Positions 9,739 through 24,546 of a stretch of DNA of 64,000 bases are shown piece by piece. The position numbers and the translations under genes are program-made. Within the stretch, counting starts at the first letter, position 1; each line of letters starts with the position of its first letter. The notes under the pieces were generated by a model that saw nothing but the letters and a program-made list of their open reading frames with translations, did no database searches and was not told the DNA's origin. The DNA comes from Paraphysomonas bandaiensis (taxonomy: Eukaryota; Protista; Chrysophyceae), in contig CBFFRP010000293.1 in the NCBI GenBank assembly GCA_965644295.1, positions 1,221 through 65,220 of the forward strand, read 5' to 3'.

Positions 9739-11905
9739 ATGGCTCTGCAGTTGGTCTGCTTGCTCGCTACTCTCTCGTTATGGTCGATGAGTTGCGCTCC
9801 TTTAGAGCTGCCGGTTATTATCAGCTCCGAGAATTCTCTCCCCTCGGCATGGTCTGCAACGATATCTGTTGAGGAGCACAGACATGTGAATGAGCAAGTG
9901 GCGTTCACTACGCGTTCGTACTGTTATAAGTCGAAATGCAGCTATCCTGGACCAACCATATCTCTTAAACCTGGAGACAATTTTACTTTAACGCTTGTGA
10001 ATAAATTAAGATCCGAAAGTGTCAATGAAGAGTATGTCATGAACACGATGCACTCTCCGAACACGACTAATGTGCACACTCATGGAATTCATATCGACCC
10101 CAATGTGGATAATGTGTTTGTGTCTGCGGAGCCTGGAGAATCTCTTGTATATCCGTATCACATACCTACTGACCACTCGCCGGGGACGCACTGGTACCAT
10201 TCACACTACCATGGTAGTTCAACTTACCAAGTTATGGGAGGCTTAGTTGGAGCAATTATCGTCGAGCCTACGCCTGCACAGAATATTCCACTGTCTATAA
10301 CTGAGGCCGACGAGTATTTATTAGTGATCAGTCGGTTAAAATTTGACCAAGAAGTATCATCTCGTACTGGAGAGGTAAACCAAGGGTGTGGGCGCGACTT
10401 TTATTGTGACCCACTGGTGGAAGCACCACTGTGTACAGGTGAGGAAACTGAGCCCTCTCCCTACGAATCCTTTCGTATATATTCATACACGGAACTAGGA
10501 GTTGAGACAGGCAATCAAATGGATGTCAATCCTGTCCTGATGAATGAATCGATACAGGATATGCATCTCGTGAATGGACAATTTCGACCTACTCTACGTC
10601 ATATGGTTCGCGGGTCTCCTGCCATTCTGCGGATTGTGCACGCAAGTGGAGGAGGACAACTTGCTCTCTCTATTCGTGAGGATGGATGTGTGATGGAGGT
10701 TATTGCCTATGATGGTGTTTACTTAGACTCTTTGCTGCCAATGGATACGGTTTACTTGGTGGAAGCATCTCGAGCTGATATCCAAGTGGTTTGCTATGCT
10801 CCAGGCGTATTCACGGTACAGCATCATGGAGATGACGCCGCGGGGGTACTGTTCTATTTAAATGTATCTTCCACGGGACAAATCAAACCAATGGTGACGA
10901 ATGCTGACCTTGGAAATATTTTGCGTCCGTGGTATTTACAGGACCTCACTGGTTCTGAGGTCCCCGTCGATAGTTTTTACTCCCTTCACACCTGGAGGAA
11001 TGGGCTAAATCATTCTATATGCGGACACTGGATGGGAGCGGGGTACAATTGCAGTGGCGTAAAACCCTGGGGCACCGGTGATCCGAATACATCTTCCACT
11101 GTCTGTCCATTTTCTCAGTTTTCTGGGGAACGGGGTCTAAATCCAGCTAATTACACTACGGCGAATAAGCTCGTGACTCCTCAGGGCGCTGTAAACCAGT
11201 GGGCCATCTATGGAATGGGAAACGATCAGCACCCTATGCATATTCATGTGAACCACTTTCAGGTAATTTTCACGTATGGAGGGTATTGAATCGATGCACC
11301 AGAATGAAAAGTAATACTGTGTCACAGGTGATTGAGTTTGACGGGGATGGAGAGAATTCAGCCGGGCACGAAAAGTTCTTCCTCCCAGGACAGTGGAGGG
11401 ATACAATTCCTGCTTTTGAGGTCAGTCATCTATATTTACGCATGTAGTAACAGAGCGATGGAAAATAGGGACAGTTGATTGTACGCTTTAGGGCGGCGGA
11501 TTTTTCAGGGGAAAATGTTATCCACTGTAAGTTACTATCCGATTTATATGGAACAGTAACGTCTCTGGTAGGCCATTTCCTTCGACATGAAGATTTGGGC
11601 ATGATGGACTCATTTCTTATTACTCCAGAGCACGGGTATCGTGTAGAAAGTAACACTGCACAGAAAGGCCCTACTTTTGCAACGCACCTGTTTACTCAAC
11701 ACGCACTTAGTATACTGGGGTCTTTCGTTGCTTTCGTTGGTGTGCTTGGTAGGTTGTGTTCGTTTTTTTTTTTCACCTAACATTCTCAGTTTTGGGTATC
11801 ATTTCGCGTGGATATTGGAATAGGGGACAATCTCAATCGAAGCCACTATCTGTGGAAGATGAGGATGTCCTGATAGCTTTTATCGAAGAAGTCGGCCGTG
11901 ATTGA
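9739..11905 (+). CDS. multicopper oxidase (signal peptide, C-terminal TM), multi-exon
   Basis: All four Cu motifs are present: HTHG, WYHSH, HPMHIH and HCH-FLRHEDLGMM (the last split by an intron at about 11527-11571). Spliced stop at 11903-11905. Confidence 0.92.
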
Positions 11906-14213
11906 TTGTTATCAATATACGTGGAGCTGATTTTGGAAACGGATGTAATATATTTTTCACCTGTCAATTGTGTACACTAAATACTTGTTATCACATGCCT
12001 CTGTGTTGTTATCAGGTATATGTCATATGCTGCTACACAAGTTATGTCTGTTTGCTACTACTCACCTTGCTAGAATGTTATAAAATAAGGCCAAGTCTTA
12101 GAAAGGTAATTATGACATGAATAAAGAGTTAATTTCAAATATTGCACCAGCACAACATTACTTCCATTACAACCCTCGGATTACGACGTACATCTATACT
12201 AATACTAAGTCGAAGCTTGTGTGTTGTGACAACATACAACTCGCTCGACACTAAGCTGACATGACAACAAACGCCTATTGCAATTAATAAGATAAATTCA
12301 GTTTCATTACTAGTATCATATAATTATAGTAAATGTCTCATTATGAACAATAGGCGTTGAAGAGTCAAAATGCTTAACTCTGATATCCTACTATTTAGCG
12401 CTACGAAAGCAAACACTTTTGCTCTGTCACTCAAATTAAACCCAGTGAGCAAACAGAAGGGAGATTGAAGAAGGGAAGCAGCGATATGTGTAACACATAT
12501 AATATATTTAATCAACAAAAGTAAGATATATATATATACTCAGGTACACAGCGACAATGCTTACGATATCATATATAATGATGGACAATGGACAGCATGA
12601 AGAAGTATGGCAACAACCTAGCGGCAAGTTACTTGAGGTTAGTATATATATATATAATTATTATGTAAACGTTATATATATACAGAAACTTCGTCAAAGA
12701 AAAGGACTAAAATACAGAAATGGTACCACACAATCATTAGGCAATGAGTGGGCAAGTTTTATTGTAGTATATATATATATATAGATATTATTGCAATGTA
12801 TTTTTGCCCCGTCCATTGATAAGCACAATACCCCTCAATAAAGTCTTACTGCGCTATATATTGACAGAATTTAGAGTAAATGTGAGTCCCTATCAATATA
12901 TTATATTATAGTGTAAGTGTGTAAGTGATCCACAACGTACCTTTCTGGGAGAGGTAAATACCGGAGAGATTGCTTTCATGCTTCTGATATTTTATTTAAC
13001 TTTTGACTTTTCTTGTGCAGGGGCAGCACTATCAGGAAGAAGTAATCACGATTGAGGATGGAGGCATTTCATCCCCTCCCATCCACTAGGATGCTGTCGT
13101 CAAAGAGTTGGTGCAGCAACTGAAATAGTCCCAGGATACGTAGAGAGAAGAGATGAAGAAGACTAAATAATCAAGCAAAGAAGTGGTTCCCTTACCAGTC
13201 AAAAGACATCTTTCGGACCTGACGAATAAACAGGCATCCACTGTATCGGGCTGCCTACTGAAGTCAAGCATTCGCGCTAGTACACCTTAAGGACAGAGAG
13301 CAAAAGTGCACCTTGGTGCTTGCGGTGACGCACAAAAGTCGAGGTAATACCAATACATGGTGAAATTTTTGATGATATGGTCGGAAAAGGGTTTAAATAT
13401 GCACAATAAGTAGTAACTATGAAGATATTAATAGTGTGAAGAATATTGTTTATAATATTTTTTACTACTTTCTTGTATATTACTTCAGTTTTACAGCAAT
13501 AAAAGTCACCGTCTACACATACATATTTATACAGTTCAAGCTATCTATTCCCTCAATCATAATATAGAGCTATTCTTTGTACGATACCCCACTACTACGT
13601 CGCAACATTCTGCTGTAGGCTCTGTGACTATTTCAAGGGACACTATAATATAAGTGTCACTCGTTTAGACGTCTTTGGGCCTTGACGAATACACATGCAT
13701 GACAAGACATCGTATGTCACTCTTAAACACAAACGAGTCGCCCCAAACGAGAGTTTTCACGATGATATGATTTCCCGATCAATAGAAGTAAACATAAATA
13801 TAATTATTAATATACTGTATAGTATATTCATATCGTTGATGTAATCATACACTGTTTGAGTAAAGCAAAAAACTGAATTAATAAATCCCAACAAGCTAAG
13901 AAGCACTCCAACCTAACTAGCTGTTGTAACTATATCCCAGTACTCTAATTGCCATCACCAACAGTAGAATTTACACTCCCGGCGTAAATCTATGTTTGAA
14001 TATTACAAGACAATATATTTTCACCCTCCCCTGGTGCTTATTATCCATGTATGTGTTAAGAACTAACAATGGGGGGTTGAGAATGCTGTAAAACAAATAT
14101 TTCTTAGAGGGTCGATTGAAATATACATTGACTTCATTTCATTTCTAGAAAACTCATTCGCAGGCCGCGACTGCATTATTTTCTATATGAAATAGTATGA
14201 ATGATTTTAATCA

Positions 14214-15678
14214 TTACACTTCTTGCTGACTTTTCTTAGCATTGGAATGAATGGCAACGGAGCCATAGTAAGCAAACAACGCACCAACCGCACTTACAAA
14301 AACCATGATTGCAATTTGAATCCTCGTCATGCTGTTAAATGCAAAATAACCGAAAGCGCCCGCAAGGCCACTGGTGAATGCAATACCAGCAAAGGCAGCA
14401 GTATTCGTCTCTGCAGATCCGCCGAAATAGTCCGCTACTACCGCTTTATTAGTGTTCTCCTGTAAATGTATCAGTTGTACACGACAATACCAAAGATGTA
14501 AGCATACCCATGTACCACGCCCGATACCATATATGATTAGATAAGGAATAATCATGCCCCATGTCCCCAGCTGATCATCAGAGAAGAAAAAGAACGCCAA
14601 GCCAGTAGCCATTAGTCCAACAGCACCGATGGTCATCATTACAGGCTTGCCGAAACGCTGCGCCGCCCAGCCGGCAGGGACGGCGATGGCTGCTCCAGTG
14701 AGTACAATAATAGCGGAGAGTAGACCAACGTAGGTGCCACCGAGAGAGTCAGAGTCTGCAATCACAGTACCAAACACGTAGAATGGAACGAAGCTAGATG
14801 CTAGGCCGAATGCAATCTGGTCCACACATTTAGGAGAAAGAGTCATTTTTTGTGTTACAGATCACGAGACATACCAACCTATGTATGACATATATACCTC
14901 TACATATATACATAGCACCCACCTGAAATGGTACTAGAAGAGAAAGTCGAGAATCTGACACCATTAGCCGGCCTGTTGCATATACATTCGTCACAACTAC
15001 ATCTTTGTCAAAAGTCCATGTGCCATGGTCGCCCAAATCATCCAGCCGAGTCACTGCAAACGTAGCTAGAAACGCAATTGCAGTGTATATGGTAAATATA
15101 ACGAATGGAGCACTACCAGGGGCCTCAAGAAAAATTATAGTAGCCAATGCTTTGGTGATGCACTCCAACCCCAGGTAAGACGCTGCAAATATTCCCGCGA
15201 ATTCAGAGTTCACATCTTCCAAAGTTTTCAGCGAGGCGCGAGCATATAACTTCGCATTTCCAGCAAAATAACGCCCCTGGGCAGTCCAGAGCATACCACC
15301 TGCTGTGCCACCAATACAAGCAGCAATCATAAATACAGGCCACGCGATCCACGGCAGTACTACAGCAACCAGAAATCCAGCCACATAGACACAATATCCA
15401 CTAACGCCCAGAAAAAGACCAGTCTTGGGTCCAACCATCGATACAGTAGGTTTGGAAAGAAGGAATGAAGTCAATGCATAACATATATACAGTGCCCCAC
15501 CACCATATGCTCCTTTTAAGTCGCCTAGTTCAGTGGAGGCATAGGCCAGACATGCGACAACAGACCCATGATTAGCTGAAAACGCCATAGACATTAATAT
15601 AAAGTTCCACTTGAGGCGATTGCACTGCTGGGTATCGACCTCAGAACTGTAAATAAGCGGCTCTTCTTCTTTATGCAT
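14214..15678 (-). CDS. UNC-93-like MFS transporter, 2 introns
   Basis: Many hydrophobic helices; GGMLWTAQGRY motif typical of the UNC-93 family. Confidence 0.85.
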
Positions 15679-16396
15679 GCTCGATGAACTCTCAACTACA
15701 GGAGTGCACTGCTGCTACTATAATGATACACAGTACAAATCAAGTGCTTTTATACTGATTTGATTGGGAATGGGCACTCTATGTATGAAACTACGGCATC
15801 TATGGTGTATGTTGTCACGGCAGATAGCACCACAATGCGACAGTGCAGAGCGGCCCACAAACATACATACAATACATGCAGACTGAGATGTAGATATCCG
15901 AATCCCGTACACGAATACGACTGACTACGAACCATATATGATATACGATATACCATACAGCAGTATACACATACAGCAGTACGCGTACCATATAGGTGCA
16001 ACCAGTAGGAATATCCTACACAGCAGTATACTGCACACAGCAAGGGGAATATGCAAAGGCTGCTGTTTGGCCCATTTATCAAGATGCTATACGCACGTAT
16101 ACCCAGGTATACCGTCATGTATTATGGGCGTCTGTTTTGTAACGTCTCTTGGCGGTCCGAATACACTGCGTATACGGGGTGTATAGGTATACTGCTGCCT
16201 GCATATGAAGCACCCACAAGTCACGACAATCTGCCTGTTCCAGTTGCAAAGCAGAGGGTTACAGATGGACATGAGAGAGCAAACCATGGAGGAGCAATGA
16301 GCATACCGCTACCCTTATAATTCAACTGGTAACATGATGTGTGGTCAATAGACATATCTTATATATTTGTAGCGCTTATTAATTGGACTGGCGGGC

Positions 16397-17974
16397 ATGT
16401 CGCAGCGGCGAAATCGACCTCCCTCTGGCAAACACAACATTCCTCGTGGAACCGCTGTAAACAAAGACCGAGGTCTTGCTGCTCAGTTAAATGTTAGACC
16501 ACAATCGGCCCGGTCGGCAGGTGATCACAGCTGGAGAAGTACCACTCCGAGAAGAGTAACGCCTCGAAGTAGAAACAACTGCGAAACCTTCGACTTCTCT
16601 TGCTCAGGTCGTTCGAATTCATCACGACCGAGCTCCGCAAGATATAATTCCGTTCATGCTGAGACTCGTAATTCAAAGGTTTTGTCGAGTAAGGGTCGAC
16701 CCAAGTCAGCTGCCTCTCATATGTATCACGCTAGGAGCCGAGGAAATAATGTGCATGAGGTTGTTTTGTTGTTTCAATGAAGAAGCATATAACTATATAT
16801 CAGGAGCGTCATAATGCTCTTTTTAAACAACCTGAGGATGCTTTGCGCACCCCTGACCATTCGGGAAACTGTGATGTACGAGCAGGAGAAGAATCTTCCC
16901 GCCCAGAAGAATACTCGTCCCGCCTACACTCTCCCGGCCTTCGCCACGAAGTAGATGTTGATGGAGGCACGGTACGTGATTAAGTGATAATGGTAGGATG
17001 GATTTGGTACTGAAGTGTGGTACTTTGCAGGAAGCAGTGCTAAGTCGACTGAGAGATAAAGTGGAAGCAGCGAAGAAGCAGAAACAGATGGAAGATACCC
17101 GTCTAATGAGTGACTATAACGCCTTCTCTCTTCCGAGAACGTCGATTGTAAGTACTGTGCGTCACGAGACTGTTCCCCTAATTGTTTCTAGGCGTATCCT
17201 CTGCGGACTGTATTGCTGGATCCGGTGGTGAACAACTTCCCACCCAGCCGTACTCGAAGTGAGCTCATGCGAAAGATAAAGATATCCCAAATACCTCACC
17301 CCAGTTACGATATTGTAAGTTCAGTTTCTATGTAGCAGTAGCTCGTCGAGTAAATTATTACCATTTACCAATTGGTTTGTGTATTTGCTACACGCAATGA
17401 CCATGCTGTACTATAGGATGGTGACGGATGGGTCAGTCAGGAGGACTACAAGCTTTCGAAACGATTTGACTTCGATGGAAATGGAGTGATTGACCCAGAT
17501 GAAAGGGCGGTTGCCAAGCATGTCATTGCTGACGAATTCTTTTGTAATCACAAAGATGAACTGCACTTCTTTGGTGATCAAATTGCAAAAGCATCTCATG
17601 AGGAAAACGTGAAGAAATTGGAAAAAGCGCATTGCTTTGAGAGAACATTAGGCCGTCTGAAAGCTGTGGAGGAGTCACTCAAGAGTCGCTCGTCGAAAGA
17701 AATGATCAATTGTATGTCATCCTCGAGTCCTGACCTCACTAAATATAACTACTATACTGATAAGTTTGATAGTACGGCATGGAATAGTTTTGATGCGATC
17801 CCCAGAGAAAGGGGTAAGGTTCAGCACAATGGATCGAGAAGAGAGCTTCTACAGGCTCGGCGGGAGAGGTTGCAGGATGAAGCCACAGCCAAGTACGAAG
17901 TTGTAGCTAACAGTCTTCCCAAATATAGAACTCATAAAATATCATTGATATCTAATTATGCTTTGGAAAACTAG
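16397..17974 (+). CDS. EF-hand pair protein with a basic, disordered N-terminus, multi-exon
   Basis: Splicing gives YDIDGDGWVSQEDY...FDFDGNGVIDPDE (two EF-hand-like loops); GT-AG introns join the ORF fragments. Confidence 0.7.
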
Positions 17975-18765
17975 ATTGGATTCTCTTTTCCGATACTGGC
18001 TTTAGCGTTACTGTTCAGAATGAAGTGTATCATTTTTCACTCAAATAGACGGCTTTAAAACACGGAATGCTATGAACGGCGTCGGCACTTTACTGTGTGT
18101 ATATTATTGAATCGTGGAGGACGTATTGTGTTGGGATTTGTGGATATACGAGAGCTGGAAATGCTTTTGTGTATGTTCGTTCACTTGTACCCATTGGCTA
18201 TAGATGCAAGATTTCCGTACCTATTTTTAATGTTAAATAATAAATTAATATGACATAACAATATAATTGTAATGTACTGGTAAGTTTTTTTTTTAATATG
18301 CATTGATTTGCATACTGCATTGACATTGTTTATGAGGAAAGCACAAAGGCGGAGCAGTCAGAATAAAGTGTTATTAACACGGTATATATGAGAACACCCA
18401 ATTTCAATGCCGATGACGCTTTCGTTTACAGTATATTTGACTTTTTTCAGCCCGAGAAATTCGGGCCGCTAATCAGATAAAACTCGAGATCCCGACTTGA
18501 AATGAAAATTCCCTGCGATTGACATAATTAAATAAGAAGTGCATATATTTAAAGCTCCTACTTCATTTGCAAACCGAAATTAAGACGAGAGAAATGTGTG
18601 TTCTAGACAAATAATATCTGCGCTACTGGCGTAGCTTCGTATGAAATTAACGGGAGTAGGAATGTGATGCAGTGCATAGAAAATAGAAAATACCTAACTC
18701 CTAACTCTAACTGTTATTTTCAAACGGAACGATTTAAAAGTGGCCACAGAAATTAGTTCTACGTG

Positions 18766-21700
18766 TGTTGAGAAACGCTCATTTTACACTAGATCACAGA
18801 GAGAATTTGTCGTAAGACTAGATAGATTTATTAATATCGTTTACACGAAGTTGTGATAACCAACACTAACTCATTATAATCCCTGCATAATATCCTACAT
18901 ATGCGAACCTCTCGTTACTGAACATATCTTGAACGATCAAACTATTTCAGTTTCTCAATATCATCACAGCATTTGTACATCACTATATTTCACTGTATTC
19001 TCGTACATTGTCTTGAAGTGACATACTGAATATACTAGAATAAGATCCATATTCTAATACTCCCACTCAATGTAGAATGCAGTGAGATAAAACAACAGTG
19101 ATCACAATAATCTGATAATGCTATGACTATCTAGTCCCATAGGTAAAAACAGATGTGAAATCTTTTAAAGATACATATATATCTAGCAGTCAACTAGATA
19201 TACAGTTATGTGGGATTTTCACCCACTAAAACACACCTTTAACCTCTTCGGGGTCGTTTCTTCTGCTGCTCCTCCACACTGTTAGACACACTCCTCTTAA
19301 CCCCGGTAATCGTTTTCTCATGACGGCTGAAGATCTTCGTGGACAACGCCTTTGTAAAAATATCGGCCGCCATATCATCCGTAGATACATGAATCAACTT
19401 TGCTGTAGGAAATTTTCCATTAACATGTTCTCTTATCCAGTGATACTTGATGTCAATATGCTTCGACCTCTTATGATACACTGGATTCTCTGAAAGATCC
19501 TTTGCACTCTTACTATCCATAAAGAATGGAGTCGGCTTCGCTACCAAGAGTCCGAGCTCCTTGAACACCCCCCGAAGCCACACCAGTTCTTGCAAAGCCG
19601 CATACTCCGCCATATACTCAGATTCCATGCTCGAAGTCGCAACTGTGGTCTGAAGCTTGGACTGCCAGGCCAATGCGCCCGCACATAAAAACACGATGTA
19701 TCCCGTTGTGGATCGCCGAGTCATCCTATCCCCAGCCCAGTCTGAATCACTGAATACATGTAAATCAAACTCACTCCCACTGAATCTGATTCCCTTATCA
19801 ACTGTACCACGTAAATATTTCAACAAATGAATAGCTAATCTGCAAGTCGCATATGTTGGAGAAGTACTAAATCGAGCCAATAACCCCACAGCGTAAGCCA
19901 AATCAGGTCTAGTGTGAATCGCCAAATGCAACACCGCTCCAATAATTCCTCTATACGGAAATGATTCGACCCACTGCTTCTGCTCCTCCGTCAGCTCACG
20001 TTGCTCTGCCAACAAGTCCTGAACATTGGTAGGTAGTGGAGTCTCCTTATTCTTACTGCTCTTTCCCATAAACGAACTGAATTTCTTGACAATATTCTTG
20101 GCATATTCCGATTGATCTAACATGTACCAGTCCTCGCCTCTCGTGATTCTGATATTCAGAAACCGTTTGCACACACCCAGATCATGCATTTCAAACGTTT
20201 CGCAGAACCTACGTTTAACACTTTCTAAGTAGGTGAGATCAGCAGATGCAATGATAATATCATCAACATATATCAGCAATAAGTGCAATTGACCATTACT
20301 CCATCGCATATACAAGCATGTATCTAAAATGCAAGCAGTAAAATGTAACGATTTGATAAACTTGTCAATATGCTTGTTCCACTGCCTCGGTGATGACCGC
20401 AAACCATATAAGGCCTTGATCAATTGAAAACACCACCCCGCTGGCAACTCTTCATCAGGTGGAGGTGCCATATACACATCCTCTTCAAGATCGGCATAAC
20501 AAAACGCTGATGATACGTCCAACTGATGTACATGCATATGAAACATAAAGGCAATTGCAAGAACCAGTCGAATGGTTATTCCTTTGACCACTGGAGCAAA
20601 CGTGGACTGCTCCTCCTCCGTTTTTTCTTGTAGATTCCCTAATGCAACCAGCCGCGCCTTATACTTGACTACGTTCCCCAGAAGGTCTCTCTTCACCGTG
20701 TGAACATACTTTGCTCGCACCAACTTCACTCCTCGTGGAGTCCGCACAATCTTTAAGACACGTCTCTTCAGTAGTGAGGTCTTCTCCACCTTCCGAGCTT
20801 CTCTCCACTTCATGTACTGTGGAGATCTCTCTGCTTCAGCATAGGAGTCTGGTGTCTTAAAATCATCATGTTGAAACTCTGCATGTTTAAAGTTAACAGT
20901 GCATGCATCTGGCACCTCAACCATATTTATTTCTCCTAACACCGATGCGTTCGCCAACCTACGCTGTAGCCGTTTCCGCCGTACACGACCATCACCATCT
21001 AGTTCAATAGGTCGTCTAGTAGTTATATACGAACCCATACCTTGCTCATCCTGAGCCCGCAAATCTTGCGGTGTGGGAGGAGCCCCGCTCGCATCCCCAG
21101 ACCCATGGTCTGTCAAGGTCTGCAACCTCACGACTGTCTGTTGACAGGTTGGGTCGGGACTCTCCTGGAACCCTCCAGGTCTTCCCTGGTCCAGCTCCCT
21201 GGCTGGCGTAGTACTCAGGGCGTCCCCCTTTCCTATGTACCCGGTATTCCCGGGGGTTTCTGCAGTCATACGCACCACGTCTTCGACGTGTATAGGCACC
21301 CGGTGCTCTATATGCTCGCGACCTGCAGTAACAAGTGAACGGTATGCTACAATCACACCCTTACGTTCTACAACTCTTGTTGTCTTGTACAGAAGTCCGT
21401 CCTCATCATCAATATGATACGTTCCTTCTAAGCTGACATAGTCGGATGCAAGCTTGGGTCTAGCGGCCTCCCGCACTCGAAGAGCATCAATCTCTGCGAA
21501 ATACTTCTCTGATCGTGATGGCGTTGACTCATCAGTCAATATATGGACTGTAGTCACCACCTTGTTTGATTCAGGAAGATATACATGGTATCCTACCTTC
21601 TCATCAGAGTAACCCATTAAATATCCAACTAGAGCCTTATCCTCCCAATCCTTTCGTCGATCCGCCTTCGGTGAAAGAACATAAGTTCGACACCCCCATA

Positions 21701-24275
21701 CCCTAAGATATCTCAAATTTGGAGGCTCACCCGTTAGAAACTCTATAGGAGACATATACCCTTTATCTGTTTTCGTTGGCAATCGAATCAAAATATATCT
21801 GGCTGCCATGTATGCATCCAGCCAAAATTGCGGTGGCAGTCCAGATTGGATTAGCATTGCAAGAGTCATCTCTCCAGCAGTTCTGAACTTCCTCTCCTCT
21901 ATGGCATTCATTTCTGGAGAGTCTGTTGAGCTCCACGTATGTTGATAGCACTCCTGTGTCCTAAGATACTGACGCAGCTCTTCACTGATTAACTCTCTTG
22001 CACCATCTGCATGATAGTGCTCCATCTTGAGCTTGTACCTTCTAACATCTCCTCTAAATAGCTCTTTGAAGACTTCTAAGATCGCTTCCCCAGTTCTGTG
22101 GACTAAACCCGTCGCCCAGAACATTTTGCTGGCATGATGCGTTATCTTTAACACATACCTCTCACCTCCTCTAGCAGGACAATTTAAGTACACAGCGATA
22201 TCTGCTGAAAAATTCGGTCTAACGGAATTCTCGTCCTTCGTTCGGAAGCTGACTCGGGTTATCTTAGACCTGGCACACACATCACACAAACACTGATTTT
22301 TGTGTACCTTGGCTGTGAGGTGTTTCCGTTTCAACCCTGTACCCATGATGAGCATCCTCTTATGTGCCTCTACTAAAGCATGTTTGTTGAAGTGACCCGC
22401 TCTCCGATGCAGCAACTCCAGCTCGTCCTCACCAGTCCTATCGCTAAGATTTACTTCACAATTACTCGGTGTAGACACATCTGGAAGCTCCAACAGCTGC
22501 TGAGTTGGAACTGCAGTCATTCCATTCTTCATGGGTCCCTCCAGTACCAGTTCACCAGTATTACAGTCATAAATTTGGATCCCATACCACACCGTGAATC
22601 GATAGCCCATTTCGTTCAGCTTACGTCCGGAGCACAGGCATCGATTGATCTGATCTGAAATTTCTATGTCTCTCCATGCTCCACGGGAACCCACACTTGT
22701 GATATGAATCTCTGATCCCTTCTTAGAGCCGTTTATCACCTTTGATGTATTCATATGAGTGTCAAGCATGGTCACATCATTCATCAAGAACATTGATGAT
22801 GAACAGCAGGTGTCAATATATGTATAATGCATGTCATCATTTACACTACATATATTCGTTTCATGTATATTGCATGACAATTTCATAACATCCTCGATCA
22901 TATTTGCTTCATCTTCATCAGAGAATTCTGCTGGTTCTCCACGCCGTATATTCTCTACTGTCAGTAGCCTTTTGTCCGGCTTCCTACCATGATTCTTCCC
23001 TTTCTCTCCTCTTCTAGAATGCTTTTTCTTCGTCGTTGGACAATCAGCAGCAAGATGTTCCAGAGAGACTTGCAATTTCTGCATCCCGTGTATTCAGCAC
23101 TTCCAGGACGCTGCCCTGATATCTCTCCATCCTTCTTCCTCTGCTTCCTCCTGCACTGTTCAGTTGAATGGCTATGAGGAATTCCTTCTTTCCTGCAATA
23201 TCTACAGTTGCCCTTCTTACGCTTATCCCGTTCCGTTCGAGACCGTTTGCTCTTTTCAATGAAATTCAGCTCCTCCACCTTCTTGCGTTTCCGCTCTAAC
23301 GCAATCCTTCCAGGAATGGTATCATCATACCGTTCTATCTTCCTTGATAATGTTGCATAATCAACATCATCAGGCATCAAATACAAAGCAACATTCAGAG
23401 GAGCATATTCTTCATTCAACAGACCTTCTCGTAACCGTGTTATTTTTGAGAGCTCCGATATGTCCTGCTGCTGCTCCTGTAGCTCTTTCAGCAGTATTTC
23501 AAACCGTATTATATAGTCCTTCGCAGTCTCCTCCGGACGCATACGGAAAGAGCCATACTGAGTCAACAGTTCACTGATCTTGTTTTGCTTCCCTCCAGCA
23601 AAGCACTTCTTCAACTCATCAATCATAATATGCGCCTTAAACCTGTTGCTTCCTTTTCCATCAGCCTTGAACCCTTTATGTAGAAGATGGAATTTCTGAA
23701 GCGCCTTCGAAGATGTTTGCACTGCCTCTCTGCAGTACGAATACGCTATGGCATTCGCCTTCCAGTACTTCTTCACAGCCTGTCTGTAAGACTTTTCCTC
23801 CATTAACGTGAGTGGCTGTTCCCCAAAGTCGCTTTCCTTCGGTGGTGGCTCCACCGCTACTTCACTTTGCTCTTTCCTCATGAGGAATGTTTCGAAGTCC
23901 TCAATCCATTGTTCAACATTGCTCTCATTAAACTGTGGCACTACTCCTCTATCCTCCTTCTCTCCTCCTCGCTCGCTACCATGTTGAGAAACGCTCATTT
24001 TACACTAGATCACAGAGAGAATTTGTCGTAAGACTAGATAGATTTATTAATATCGTTTACACGAAGTTGTGATAACCAACACTAACTCATTATAATCCCT
24101 GCATAATATCCTACATATGCGAACCTCTCGTTACTGAACATATCTTGAACGATCAAACTATTTCAGTTTCTCAATATCATCACAGCATTTGTACATCACT
24201 ATATTTCACTGTATTCTCGTACATTGTCTTGAAGTGACATACTGAATATACTAGAATAAGATCCATATTCTAATA
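18766..24275 (-). mobile_element. Full-length Ty1/copia LTR retrotransposon (copia-1)
   Basis: 294-bp LTRs at 18766-19059 and 23982-24275, identical by eye; 5-bp TSD ACGTG (18761-18765, 24276-24280); PBS TGGTAGCGAG (initiator-Met-like); PPT GAGTGGGAG. Confidence 0.97.
19239..23998 (-). CDS. copia-1 Gag-Pol, interrupted by one frameshift near 23061-23068
   Basis: Zn knuckles, protease YIDTCCS, GAG-pre-integrase, DDE integrase, RT (YKARLVA, YVDD) and RNase H (SDSDWAG, KHID, ADIFTK). Confidence 0.93.
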
Positions 24276-24546
24276 ACGTGTAGTATTTTTAAAACAACCT
24301 GATGATCATTACTTTGATTTGTACTCAGTGTTCACGCTACATGCAATTCTATCATTCTCTGTTTAAATAGTGGCATCAAAGTACATCTCTGCTTGGATGG
24401 GGTTCTTACGTATAACTGAGCTAGTGTGCAATACCACGGCATACATTTAACAGATCTGCAAGTTTATCTCAATTCTCACTAAACTGCGCATTCGAGGAAA
24501 TGACATAAATATTATCGGACCATGTCTTGCAATGTAGAAAAATGTT

